DNA of 64,000 nucleotides from Escherichia coli (GTDB lineage Bacteria; Pseudomonadota; Gammaproteobacteria; Enterobacterales; Enterobacteriaceae): NCBI RefSeq assembly GCF_024700885.2, contig NZ_CP117016.1; one strand, 5' to 3'. Shown piece by piece: positions 29,824 to 43,109 of this stretch (position 1 is its first letter; each line of letters starts with the position of its first letter). The notes under the pieces were generated by a model. It saw only the letters and a program-made list of their open reading frames with translations, ran no database searches and was not told where the DNA came from. The position numbers and the translations under genes were made by a program.

Positions 29824-30894
29824 ATGCCAAATACATCTATTCACTTATCTCGCTGTAATATTTTACAAAATAATAAATTGCAACCAGCAGAAATTTACAA
29901 AGAATCACAACAAACCGCGAAACTTGAGTTTTTTTGCGATGAGTTTCTAAAAATATCTCAAAGTAGATACGGGTTATCAACTTCAGCAGACAGCATAGCT
30001 AATTTATTGGCTTTTTTCACGAAAGCCTCAGATGCAATTGATAGTATCAAGACCCAAAAAATTGACGTTCACAGTTATGGTTTCGTACCAATAAGACATT
30101 TTGTCGAACATGTCATAACGTATAAAAATGAATTTGCAGCGGATTATGAACCCTATACCCTTACCTTTACCCGAGGTGAAAACAACGAAGGTATTTTGAG
30201 TGTCGAAAGCAAAGAAGGGTTTATTTCACAAAGAACAATAAACTTAAATGAATATGAAACTGCAATTAACATCATCAATGAACATGTTATAAAAGAAAAT
30301 ATCCACAACACGGTCCAGTCACCGACAGAAAAAGACATTTCAAAAATAAACAGCTCTGATAAACCTTATAAAACCAGCAGTGAGGAAAGTATTAAAAGTC
30401 AACTTTACAGCGATCAAAAAAAATATACAGACCTGCTACTACATTCTGAGAAAAATACAGAATGGTACAAATACGCATCCTCCGTGGAACGCTATGATAA
30501 ATTCAAGAATTCTTCTAAGGAAATTAAAAATACCTACAAGCAAATTGTACAAGCGCAGAAAAAATTGAACCAAATGAAATACATCAATAAATTAAGTGGT
30601 GAGCTTATCGATATCGCCGACAAAAAGTTAGCACCATTAATAAATGATAGTTTCAGCTATACACGAGATTTCTTTGCTTACTCAAAACAGGAAAATAACA
30701 TCTTCACGTTTGATAATTCTAAGTTTGAAGATCCAAAGGAAAAAAAAGGTTTAATGGTACAACACAGCAATGGACAACTGGTTATTACTGGTGAATATTA
30801 TCCTGAAGGTGTGCAAATAGCATTCACTCAAGAACAATATAATAAATTAATAAGATACATTAATATTTTCTTTACTTTCCCGAAATGCGAATAA
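29824..30894 (+). CDS. Orphan hypothetical protein, 356 aa, in an AT-rich island
   Basis: Long ORF in markedly AT-rich DNA; ATG at 29824 preceded by AAGGA; Lys/Asn/Ser/Glu-rich hydrophilic protein, no signal peptide or transmembrane segment; no motif I can assign. Confidence 0.6.
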   Translation: MPNTSIHLSRCNILQNNKLQPAEIYKESQQTAKLEFFCDEFLKISQSRYGLSTSADSIANLLAFFTKASDAIDSIKTQKIDVHSYGFVPIRHFVEHVITYKNEFAADYEPYTLTFTRGENNEGILSVESKEGFISQRTINLNEYETAINIINEHVIKENIHNTVQSPTEKDISKINSSDKPYKTSSEESIKSQLYSDQKKYTDLLLHSEKNTEWYKYASSVERYDKFKNSSKEIKNTYKQIVQAQKKLNQMKYINKLSGELIDIADKKLAPLINDSFSYTRDFFAYSKQENNIFTFDNSKFEDPKEKKGLMVQHSNGQLVITGEYYPEGVQIAFTQEQYNKLIRYINIFFTFPKCE

Positions 30895-31081
30895 TACTTT
30901 ACAGTATAAACTGCAATACAATTTATTATTGAACCCAATTCATACTGTTTAAGGAATAACAATGCCCAGTGTTAGCTTTCTTAACGAATGAGTTTTACGC
31001 AAATATGTTGGCATCTTTTTTAACAGGATGCACCGGTTAATGAATAGAACAACCGGAAGTAGCATTATTTCGCTTTAGCAG

Positions 31082-31105
31082 AGGATGGCGCATGAACGCC
31101 ATCCT
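31082..31105 (-). terminator. Possible glpQ terminator hairpin
   Basis: AGGATGGCG-CATGAA-CGCCATCCT perfect 9-bp stem just downstream of the glpQ stop; no clear T-run, so weak as an intrinsic terminator. Confidence 0.4.
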
Positions 31106-31114
31106 GCAATAGCA

Positions 31115-32191
31115 TTACTCTTTATTAAGGAATTTTACTGCCTTATCAGGGAAATCAGTAAACAGCCCATTTACACCCGCTTTGTTATACAGAGCATCAT
31201 ATAACTGATTCACATCAGTAGTGTATTCAGGCAGTTTATCTGACCGCACGGTATAAGGATGCACTGCCAGCTTGTTCTGCTGAGCATCTTGCACCATGCC
31301 AGTGAGTTTGATATTACCCGGCTGCGATGTCTCCTCAATCAACATATGGTAATCCGGACCAATACCATCTGCATATTCCGCCACCTGTTTCATGGCTCCC
31401 GGCTTAAACATCCAGTCGTAGTTGTAATTAATCCAGCTTCCGTCCGGCTGTTTCTGCTGCGTTTCATTCCAGTCGGTATAGGCAATCAGCTGTACCAGAT
31501 TGAGATCCATGCCCATTTTAGGTTCCAGCTCTTTCTTAATACGCTTCAGCTCATCAGCATCAAAACATTGCAAATAAACTTTATCGTCCTTACCGGTGTA
31601 ACCATATTTCTTCAGCACTTCCAGCGTTTTTGCCGCAATATCCTTCCCTTCCTGATGATGGAACCACGGCGCTTTAATTTCTGGATAGATACCGATATTT
31701 TTCCCGGTAGAGTGATTTAACCCCTGAACAAATTCAATCTCTTCTTCGAAAGTGTGTACCCGGAAGTCAGATTTACCCATCGGGAAACGGCCCGGATAAG
31801 TCTGTACTTTCTTACCGTTTTCAATATCGAAACCTTCGGTAAATTTCAGTGACTTAATTTCATCGAGCGTGAAATCTATCGCGTAGTAACGACCGTCTTT
31901 GCGCGCCCGATCCGGGAAACGATCGGCAACATCAGTAACACGATCGAGATAATGGTCATGCAGAACAACCAGATGGTCGTCTTTGGTCATCACCAAATCC
32001 TGTTCCAGATAATCCGCTCCCTGCGCATACGCCATCGCTTTTGCTGGCAGCGTATGCTCCGGCAAATATCCACTGGCACCGCGATGGGCGATGACTATTT
32101 TTTCGTTGCTGTCCGCCGCCATTGCACTGCTTCCCATGACTATAGTGCTCATCATGATCGCCATGCTAAGGTTTTTCAGCGTCAATTTCAT
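31115..32191 (-). CDS. glpQ: Periplasmic glycerophosphodiester phosphodiesterase GlpQ, 358 aa
   Basis: Start set to ATG at 32191 (MKLTLKNLSMAIMMSTIVMGSSAMA signal peptide); HRG motif (IVIAHRGASGYLPEHT). Confidence 0.95.
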   Translation of the reverse strand: MKLTLKNLSMAIMMSTIVMGSSAMAADSNEKIVIAHRGASGYLPEHTLPAKAMAYAQGADYLEQDLVMTKDDHLVVLHDHYLDRVTDVADRFPDRARKDGRYYAIDFTLDEIKSLKFTEGFDIENGKKVQTYPGRFPMGKSDFRVHTFEEEIEFVQGLNHSTGKNIGIYPEIKAPWFHHQEGKDIAAKTLEVLKKYGYTGKDDKVYLQCFDADELKRIKKELEPKMGMDLNLVQLIAYTDWNETQQKQPDGSWINYNYDWMFKPGAMKQVAEYADGIGPDYHMLIEETSQPGNIKLTGMVQDAQQNKLAVHPYTVRSDKLPEYTTDVNQLYDALYNKAGVNGLFTDFPDKAVKFLNKE

Positions 32192-32195
32192 GCCA

Positions 32196-33554
32196 TTAGC
32201 CTCCGTTGCGTTTTTGCAGTAATTCCTGATGGCGACGTTTTTCGCCAATCATCACAACAATCAACAAGATAACCGCCAGAATGCTGCCGCCAATCATTAC
32301 CATAAAGCCGCCATCCCAGCCGAAGAAGTCCACGGTGTAGCCAACAATCGCGCTCGCCGCCACCGAACCGCCCAGGTAACCAAACAGACCGGTAAAGCCC
32401 GCTGCCGTACCTGCCGCTTTTTTCGGTGCCAGTTCCAGCGCATGCAGACCGATCAGCATCACAGGGCCGTAGATCAGGAAGCCGATAACAATCATACAAA
32501 TCATATCTACGGTTGGGTTACCTGCCGGGTTCATCCAGTAAACGATAGTCGCGATGGTCACCAGTGTCATAAAGAAGACGCCGGTGGCCCCACGGTTGCC
32601 ACGGAAGACTTTATCCGACATCCAGCCGCACAGCAGGGTGCCCGGAATGCCCGCATACTCATAGAAGAAGTAGGCCCAGGAGGATTTATCCAGCGCGAAG
32701 TGTTTCACCTCTTTCAGATAAGTCGGTGACCAGTCGAGGATGCCGTAACGCAGCAGATAAACGAACACGTTGGCGATGGCGATATACCACAGCAGTTTGT
32801 TCGGCAGCACGTACTGCATGAAGATTTGCTTCGCAGTCAGCTCCTGTTCCGCTTTTTCGTTATAGTCGTCCGGATAATCATTTTTGTACTCTTCGATCGG
32901 CGGCAGGCCACAGGATTGCGGGGTATCGCGCATCATCGCAAAGGCGAATAATGCCACCAGAATGGCGCAGAAAGCGGGCATATAGAGCGCCGCGTGCCAG
33001 TCATTGAACCAGGCCATCCCCAGCAGGAACAGCAGCGGCGGAATACCACCACCGACGTTGTGCGCACAGTTCCACACTGACACAATGCCGCCACGTTCTT
33101 TCTGCGACCACCAGTGCACCATAGTACGACCACACGGCGGCCACCCCATCCCCTGGAACCAACCGCAGAGGAACAACAGTACAAACATCACCGCAATGCT
33201 CGACGTCGCCCATGGCACAAAGCCCATAAACAACATCACTGCCGCCGCCAGAATCAAACCTGCGGGCAGGAAAACGCGCGGATTCGAGCGATCCGATACC
33301 GAACCCATGATGAATTTCGAAAATCCATAAGCAATCGAGATCCCCGAAAGGGCAAAACCTAAATCACCGCGTGAGAATCCCTGCTCAACCAGATAAGGCA
33401 TAGCGAGGGCAAAGTTCTTACGAACCAAATAGTAAGCAGCATAACCAAAGAATATCCCCAGGAAAATTTGCCAGCGCAATCGACGATAAGTCGGATCGAT
33501 CTCCGCGGCAGGTAAGCGCGCTTTGTGTGGCGCTGGTTTAAAAATACTCAACAT
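32196..33554 (-). CDS. glpT: Glycerol-3-phosphate:phosphate antiporter GlpT, 452 aa
   Basis: 452-aa MFS protein [31 protein letters not shown]. Confidence 0.95.
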   Translation of the reverse strand: MLSIFKPAPHKARLPAAEIDPTYRRLRWQIFLGIFFGYAAYYLVRKNFALAMPYLVEQGFSRGDLGFALSGISIAYGFSKFIMGSVSDRSNPRVFLPAGLILAAAVMLFMGFVPWATSSIAVMFVLLFLCGWFQGMGWPPCGRTMVHWWSQKERGGIVSVWNCAHNVGGGIPPLLFLLGMAWFNDWHAALYMPAFCAILVALFAFAMMRDTPQSCGLPPIEEYKNDYPDDYNEKAEQELTAKQIFMQYVLPNKLLWYIAIANVFVYLLRYGILDWSPTYLKEVKHFALDKSSWAYFFYEYAGIPGTLLCGWMSDKVFRGNRGATGVFFMTLVTIATIVYWMNPAGNPTVDMICMIVIGFLIYGPVMLIGLHALELAPKKAAGTAAGFTGLFGYLGGSVAASAIVGYTVDFFGWDGGFMVMIGGSILAVILLIVVMIGEKRRHQELLQKRNGG

Positions 33555-33659
33555 TGATAGCCTCCGTGGCCCGTGGTCTTATTTATGATTAACAGCCTGA
33601 TTCAGTGGGAGAACCTGCCGTTTCTTGAGTTGCCGCGATGTTAAGAAAACATTCATAAA

Positions 33660-33770
33660 TTAAATGTGAATTACCGCACACATTATTAAATACGATGGGT
33701 TAAATGTTCATAATGACGCATGAAATCACGTTTCACTTTCGAATTATGAGCGAATATGCGCGAAATCAAA
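33660..33770. promoter_or_regulatory. Divergent glpTQ / glpACB control region: candidate CRP site and GlpR operator repeats
   Basis: TGTGA-N6-GCACA at 33665-33680 (CRP-like); tandem TTCGAAT/ATGTTCAT-like half-sites at 33702-33767 (GlpR-like). Confidence 0.5.
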
Positions 33771-33826
33771 CAATTCATGTTTTTACTATGGCTAAATGGT
33801 AAAAAACGAACTTCAGAGGGATAACA

Positions 33827-37891
<4,065 letters not shown>

Positions 37892-37906
37892 AACTCCCAT
37901 CTGATG

Positions 37907-37938
37907 CCCGGTAAGCATGTTGTTACCGGGCATTTTTG
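37907..37938 (+). terminator. Rho-independent terminator of glpACB
   Basis: CCCGGTAAC-loop-GTTACCGGG stem followed by CATTTTTG, 16 bp after the glpC stop. Confidence 0.7.
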
Positions 37939-38084
37939 CGTCCACGATTCCGCGCTCAATGTATACGTTGCAACGCAGTGAAAATTCCTCTGAAAACGTC
38001 TCGCAAAGGCTGAAACTGGCAGATGTCAAAGGCCTGGGATAACCGTAATGTCGCGTTATCATAAATATCAGGTGACGGACAACC

Positions 38085-39047
38085 ATGACCGAATCAACAA
38101 CCTCCTCCCCGCATGATGCGGTATTTAAAACCTTTATGTTCTCGCCCGATACGGCGCGAGATTTTCTCGAAATACATCTGCCAGAGCCGCTGCGCAAGCT
38201 TTGCAACCTGCAAACCTTACGCCTGGAACCCACCAGCTTTATTGAAAAAAGTTTACGCGCTTACTACTCGGATGTTTTGTGGTCGGTGGAAACCAGCGAC
38301 GGTGACGGCTATATCTACTGCGTGATTGAACATCAAAGTTCTGCAGAAAAGAATATGGCTTTTCGACTAATGCGCTATGCCACTGCCGCCATGCAACGTC
38401 ACCTGGATAAAGGCTATGACAGAGTTCCGCTGGTGGTGCCATTGCTGTTTTATCATGGCGAAACCTCGCCCTACCCGTACTCACTCAACTGGCTGGATGA
38501 GTTTGACGATCCGCAACTTGCCCGGCAGTTGTACACCGAAGCTTTTCCGTTGGTGGATATCACCATCGTACCTGACGATGAGATCATGCAACATCGGCGT
38601 ATAGCTCTGCTGGAACTGATTCAAAAGCATATTCGCGACCGCGATTTAATCGGTATGGTCGACAGGATTACCACGCTTTTGGTTAGAGGCTTCACTAATG
38701 ACAGCCAGCTACAAACGCTGTTTAATTATCTGCTGCAATGCGGCGATACCTCCCGTTTCACCCGTTTTATTGAGGAGATTGCCGAACGTTCACCACTACA
38801 AAAGGAGAGATTAATGACTATTGCTGAACGGCTGCGGCAGGAAGGACATCAAATTGGCTGGCAGGAAGGTAAATTAGAAGGCTGGCAGGAGGGGAAATTG
38901 GAGGGTTTGCAGAAAGGCAAAGTAGAAGGTATGCATGAACAAGCCATTAAAATTGCCTTGCGCATGCTGGAACAGGGCATTGATCGTGACCTGGTGCTCG
39001 CAGCCACCCAGCTAAGCGAAGCCGATCTGGCAGCGAATAACCACTAA
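38085..39047 (+). CDS. rpnB: Rpn-family recombination-promoting nuclease / transposase_31-like protein (YfaD/RpnB), 320 aa
   Basis: N-terminus [35 protein letters not shown] typical of the Rpn/YhgA family; C-terminal GWQEGKLEG tandem repeats. Confidence 0.85.
   Translation: MTESTTSSPHDAVFKTFMFSPDTARDFLEIHLPEPLRKLCNLQTLRLEPTSFIEKSLRAYYSDVLWSVETSDGDGYIYCVIEHQSSAEKNMAFRLMRYATAAMQRHLDKGYDRVPLVVPLLFYHGETSPYPYSLNWLDEFDDPQLARQLYTEAFPLVDITIVPDDEIMQHRRIALLELIQKHIRDRDLIGMVDRITTLLVRGFTNDSQLQTLFNYLLQCGDTSRFTRFIEEIAERSPLQKERLMTIAERLRQEGHQIGWQEGKLEGWQEGKLEGLQKGKVEGMHEQAIKIALRMLEQGIDRDLVLAATQLSEADLAANNH
38855..38930. repeat. Tandem roughly 24-bp repeats in the rpnB 3' region (encode GWQEGKLE-type units)
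   Basis: GGCTGGCAGGAAGGTAAATTAGAA / GGCTGGCAGGAGGGGAAATTGGAG / GGTTTGCAGAAAGGCAAAGTAGAA, three consecutive related units. Confidence 0.6.
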
Positions 39048-39087
39048 TTAACACAGGCCCACAGCCGATCCCCATGGGCCTTTGATA

Positions 39088-39891
39088 TCAATAATTACCT
39101 TTGATGCGTGGCCCATTTTTGCCTGATTTAAACATCGCCAGTCGTTGATCCAGGGCATCGCTGTAGAGCATCGTGTCAACGCCAACAGCGACAAAGTTCG
39201 CTCCCCACGCCAGGCATTGCTGCGCCATATCAGGAGCCACAGCCAGAAAACCAGCCGCTTTACCCGCAGCGCGGATCCGCCGAATGCTGGTTTCAATAAT
39301 TCGCTGCACTTCCGGGTGCCCGGCGTTATCCGGGTAGCCCAACGAGGCAGAAAGATCCGCAGGTCCAATAAACACGCCGTCAATCCCTTCGACGTCGAGG
39401 ATTTCGTCCAGGTTATCCAGTGCTGTTTTACTTTCCACCTGCACCAACAGACAAAGCGAATCGTTGACTTGCGCCATGTAATTCTCAATGCGTCCCCAGC
39501 GCGCAGCCCGTGCCACACTGGCCCCGACACCACGCTCACCGTAGGGAGGATAGCGCGTGGCAGACACCACCTGACGTGCCTGATCGGCAGTATCGACCAT
39601 CGGGATCAGTAGAGTTTGCGCGCCAATATCCAGGACTTGTTTAATCAGCGACTTACTGCCTTCCACCGGACGGATCACGGGTTGGCTGGCATAGGGCGCT
39701 ACCGCCTGTAGCTGGTGATAAAGATCCTGAATGGTGTTTGGCGCGTGCTCCCCGTCAATCAGCAACCAGTCATAACCGGAGGTGGCGGCAATTTCTGCCA
39801 TATAAGAAGTAGTCGAGCTTAACCACAGACCAATTTGCACTTCGCCCTTGCGTAAACGTTCTTTAAAGGGATTGGTTAATAATGCGTTCAT
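39088..39891 (-). CDS. rhmA: 2-keto-3-deoxy-L-rhamnonate aldolase RhmA (YfaU), 267 aa
   Basis: Start set to ATG at 39891 ([24 protein letters not shown]); HpcH/HpaI aldolase family. Confidence 0.9.
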   Translation of the reverse strand: MNALLTNPFKERLRKGEVQIGLWLSSTTSYMAEIAATSGYDWLLIDGEHAPNTIQDLYHQLQAVAPYASQPVIRPVEGSKSLIKQVLDIGAQTLLIPMVDTADQARQVVSATRYPPYGERGVGASVARAARWGRIENYMAQVNDSLCLLVQVESKTALDNLDEILDVEGIDGVFIGPADLSASLGYPDNAGHPEVQRIIETSIRRIRAAGKAAGFLAVAPDMAQQCLAWGANFVAVGVDTMLYSDALDQRLAMFKSGKNGPRIKGNY

Positions 39892-39907
39892 GGTGTTCCT
39901 TAACCTA

Positions 39908-41044
39908 TTAATGATGTGCCACGTCGGTCTGCGCAACAGTGCGATTTACACGCAGAGTGAAAATAATCAGCGAACCGATGACCGCCACCGCTGCCAGCGT
40001 CAGTAATCCCGCCGCATCGCTGGCAAACAACGTTTCTGCTTTCACGCGCAGGATCGGGGCAATAAACCCACCCACTGCACCAAACAGGTTTACAAAACCA
40101 ATCCCCGCCGCCAGCGCCGTACCGGAAAGAAGTTGTGTCGGCATCGTCCAGAACACCGGCTGCACGGCAATGAACCCGATGGCTGCAACACACAGCGCTA
40201 CGATCGCCAGTACTGGAGAAAGCAGCCCGGAGAGACCAATACCAATGCCCGCCGCCAGTAATGTCAGCGCTGCGACATTACGCCGTTCGCCGGTTTTATC
40301 GGAATAGCGCGGAATAAGCCAGGTCCCAAACAAGGCCGCGACCCACGGAATGGCGGTGACCACCGACGCCGTAAAGCCCACTTTTGTCCCCAGCAATGCA
40401 GCAACCTGGGTCGGCAGGAAGAAAATTAATCCGTAAACCGCCACCTGAATGGTCAGGTAGATAATCGCCAGTTGCCAGACTCGGCCATTACGCAGCGCAT
40501 CGCTCAATCGAGAAGTCACTTTCTGTTGTTCTTCACTTGCCAGTTGATTGATAAGCAACGTTTTTTCTTGTTTACTCAGAAAACGTGCCTGCTCCGGTGT
40601 GTCATCAAGCCAAAAGAATGTGAATACCCCAGCGCCGACTGCCAGCAATCCTTCAATCACAAACATCCAGAACCAGCCGGGATGCCCCATAAATCTATGC
40701 ATCTCCAGCAGCGCGCCGGAAAGCGGTGATCCCAGTGTTAACGCCAGCGGTGCGCCCATATAGAACAACCCCATAATGCTGGCGCGATTACGCTGCGGAA
40801 ACCATTGCGAGGTGAGATAAATCATACCAGGGAAAAACCCGGCCTCCGCAGCACCAAGCAGAGTGCGAACGATCAGAAATTTCGCTTCAGTATCGGCCCA
40901 TGCCGTGGCTGCCGAAAGAAATCCCCACAGCAGTGTTGTCGTACCAATCCAGGTTCTGGCCCCCAGTTTTCGCATCAAAAGATTCGCCGGAACCCCCAGA
41001 AACGCGTATACCACAAAGAAAATGCCTGCTCCCAGACCAGCCCT
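39908..41044 (-). pseudogene. rhmT: L-rhamnonate MFS transporter gene rhmT (yfaV), apparently 5'-truncated
   Basis: MFS sequence from ...GAGIFFVVYAFLGVPANLLMRKLGARTWIG to the C-terminus is intact, but the expected N-terminal 35-40 residues are missing; the upstream frame runs into rhmR-like sequence; no credible start or RBS. Confidence 0.55.
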
Positions 41045-41349
41045 TCGATAATACTTTGCTGTACAGCTGCAGGTTGCCAGGCAAGCAGGCATTTACCTAT
41101 TCCGGAGCGATAAAGCGAAAGGCTTTTTCCTTCATGGGAACGCACGCTGATAGTGGCTGATGACTCCACTTTCAAAATGTAATAAGCGCTGCCGTTATCA
41201 ATAATCCCCAGGTGACATAACAGCCCGGTGGTATCCATCAGTTGCGTCAAACGCGGTCGAGCCAGTTCCCGGAGATCCATCTTGCTTAACGCATGACCGG
41301 AAAGCTCCACCAGCCTGGTCCACAAACAAAAATTTTCCTGGTGATCAAG
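41045..41349 (-). pseudogene. rhmR: Internal fragment of the IclR-family regulator gene rhmR (yfaX), fused at its 3' side to rhmT
   Basis: Encodes LDHQENFCLWTRLVELSGHALSKMDLRELARPRLTQLMDTTGLLCHLGIIDNGSAYYILKVESSATISVRSHEGKSLSLYRSGIGKCLLAWQP (IclR effector-domain start), then reads out of frame into rhmT; no start codon. Confidence 0.5.
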
Positions 41350-41390
41350 GGTGACTGCTCCCCGCCCTGTCGGGCGAGGCTTCCCACTTC

Positions 41391-42560
41391 TTAAGCCGCA
41401 ACCGTCTGTGTGACGGATTTACGCTGGCCTCCATGGGCAGAAACGACGAGTCCCGCCGCTTGTAATTCCAGTATGCCCTTGCGTTTGATGTTGAGCGCCG
41501 CGTTGATATCGCGGTCATGTTCAACTCCACACTCTGGACACTGCCAGATGCGCTTATGTAATGGCATCTCCGACATTTTGTGACCGCAGCAGTGGCAGGT
41601 CTTCGAACTGGCGAACCATTGATCCAGTTTCACCAGATGCACACCTTTCTCTGTTGCTTTGTATTCCAGTTTTGTGATGAATCCAGACCATCCAGCATCG
41701 CCTATCGCACGAGCCAGATGGTGATTTTTCATCATATTTGCCGTTTTCAATGTCTCGACAATTACCGCTTGGTTTTCGTCAACAATTGCGCGAGATAACT
41801 TGTGCTGGAAATCGGCACGGGCACTGGCTACCCGTTCGTGAACGGCTGCAAGTTGTATTCTGGCTTTGCGCCTGTTTGCGCTCCCTTTTTTCTTACGGGA
41901 CAGTGCTTTCTGCTTCCGGCGCAGGTTGCGACTTGCATTGATTAGGTGGCGGGGACTGGCAATTTTATTGCCGTCCGATTTGATGACAAAATGCGCCAGC
42001 CCCATATCCAGCCCTGTCACATTTGATATCAGTGCGGGCTTTGCCGGCGCTTCCATCCCGTCGTCACAGAGTAACGACGCGTAGTATTTCCCGGTTGCGC
42101 TGCGGCTCAACGTGATACTTTTCAGCATTCCCGTAATTTCACGATGTAAACGCGCTTCAATCGGCAAGATTTTCGGTATTTTTATCGCACCATCAAGGAC
42201 TTTTATGCCAACACAATGATAGCTCGATTGTCTGCCGTGTTTACTTTTAAAGGTTGGTTTACCTGCTTTCAGTTTCGGATTGAAAAAGTTAGAAAAAGCC
42301 ACGTCGAGGTTAATTACCGCCTGCTGCAACGCAATAGAATCATATTCTTTAAGCCATCCATACCGGCGGGATTTCTTCGCCACTGCAAGCAGTGGTTTGA
42401 GGTCTTTACGCGGGTTTAAATTTACGCGGTGCCGCTGGTAAGAATGTTTCTTGATATGCAGAGCTTTGTTGTACGCAAAACGCACTGCACCGAACTGGGC
42501 GTTGATAAATTCAGCCTGTTCTGGTGTCGGGTAGATGCGTACTTTTGTTGCTCTTAACAT
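41391..42560 (-). CDS. tnpB: TnpB (OrfB) RNA-guided endonuclease of the IS200/IS605 family, 389 aa
   Basis: 389-aa ORF with C-terminal zinc finger CHCCGHKM...CPECG and RuvC-III-like DRDINAALNI; N-terminal OrfB region MLRATKVRIYPTPEQAEFINAQFGAVRFAYNKAL. Confidence 0.9.
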   Translation of the reverse strand: MLRATKVRIYPTPEQAEFINAQFGAVRFAYNKALHIKKHSYQRHRVNLNPRKDLKPLLAVAKKSRRYGWLKEYDSIALQQAVINLDVAFSNFFNPKLKAGKPTFKSKHGRQSSYHCVGIKVLDGAIKIPKILPIEARLHREITGMLKSITLSRSATGKYYASLLCDDGMEAPAKPALISNVTGLDMGLAHFVIKSDGNKIASPRHLINASRNLRRKQKALSRKKKGSANRRKARIQLAAVHERVASARADFQHKLSRAIVDENQAVIVETLKTANMMKNHHLARAIGDAGWSGFITKLEYKATEKGVHLVKLDQWFASSKTCHCCGHKMSEMPLHKRIWQCPECGVEHDRDINAALNIKRKGILELQAAGLVVSAHGGQRKSVTQTVAA

Positions 42561-42616
42561 AATCAGCGCTCATTGATATAATGCTTTTATTTTAACACCT
42601 TAGGTGAATATATCAA

Positions 42617-43042
42617 TTGAGTAATCATGATGATTTACTGGCGGGATTTCTCCGCAAACGACACAGTGTCAGTAAGCTGGTTGTGCACCTTATTTTTACG
42701 ACAAAGTATCGACGCAAACTATTCGACAGTCAGATGATCGCTCAGTTGCGTGAGGCTTTTGGCTCCGCTGCGGCAAAGCTTGAATGCGAAATTATTGAGA
42801 TGGACGGGGAGCCAGACCATGTACACCTACTGGTTGCCTACCCGCCAAAACTGGCGGTCAGTGTGATGGTCAATAATTTAAAATCGGTATCATCACGTTT
42901 GCTACGCCAGCAGAACGCGCATTTACGTATGCAGAGTAAAACGGGGCTTTTGTGGTCGAGATCGTACTTTGTCTGTAGCACCGGAGGGGCAACGATTGAA
43001 ACGCTCAGAGCCTACGTTCAGAGTCAGTCAACACCTGATTGA
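42617..43042 (+). CDS. tnpA: TnpA Y1 (HUH) transposase of the IS200/IS605 family, about 141 aa, start uncertain
   Basis: Contains TTKYRRKLF, HUH-like HVHLLV and a C-terminal Tyr (RAYVQ); the ORF-track start is TTG; hairpin plus T-run terminator at 43048-43066. Confidence 0.75.
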   Translation: MSNHDDLLAGFLRKRHSVSKLVVHLIFTTKYRRKLFDSQMIAQLREAFGSAAAKLECEIIEMDGEPDHVHLLVAYPPKLAVSVMVNNLKSVSSRLLRQQNAHLRMQSKTGLLWSRSYFVCSTGGATIETLRAYVQSQSTPD

Positions 43043-43109
43043 TCTTTAAAGCCCTGCGGGCTTTTCGCCTTATATCCCCGCCCGCATTGGGCGAGGGTTT
43101 ACGGCGTTT

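Larger units (their letters stand above)
41350..43109 (-). mobile_element. IS200/IS605-family insertion sequence (IS605-type, divergent tnpA and tnpB), about 1.76 kb, inserted in rhmR
   Basis: tnpB and tnpA genes; related imperfect hairpins (CCCCGCCC-loop-GGGCGAGG) in the same orientation near both ends at 41360-41379 and 43076-43097; no terminal inverted repeats; boundaries inferred to about +/-10 bp from where the rhmR reading frame is broken. Confidence 0.8.

Noticed and set aside
38855-38930. Possible CRISPR-like array (regular short repeats)
   Set aside because: The repeats are contiguous with no spacers, lie inside the rpnB coding frame and encode an octapeptide repeat; no CRISPR array or cas gene is present in the window.
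40975-41325. 116-aa ORF (MWTRLVELSGH...) as an independent gene
   Set aside because: It is a fragment of the IclR-type rhmR frame with a TTG pseudo-start, cut off from its N-terminus by the IS and running out of frame into rhmT; called a pseudogene fragment instead.
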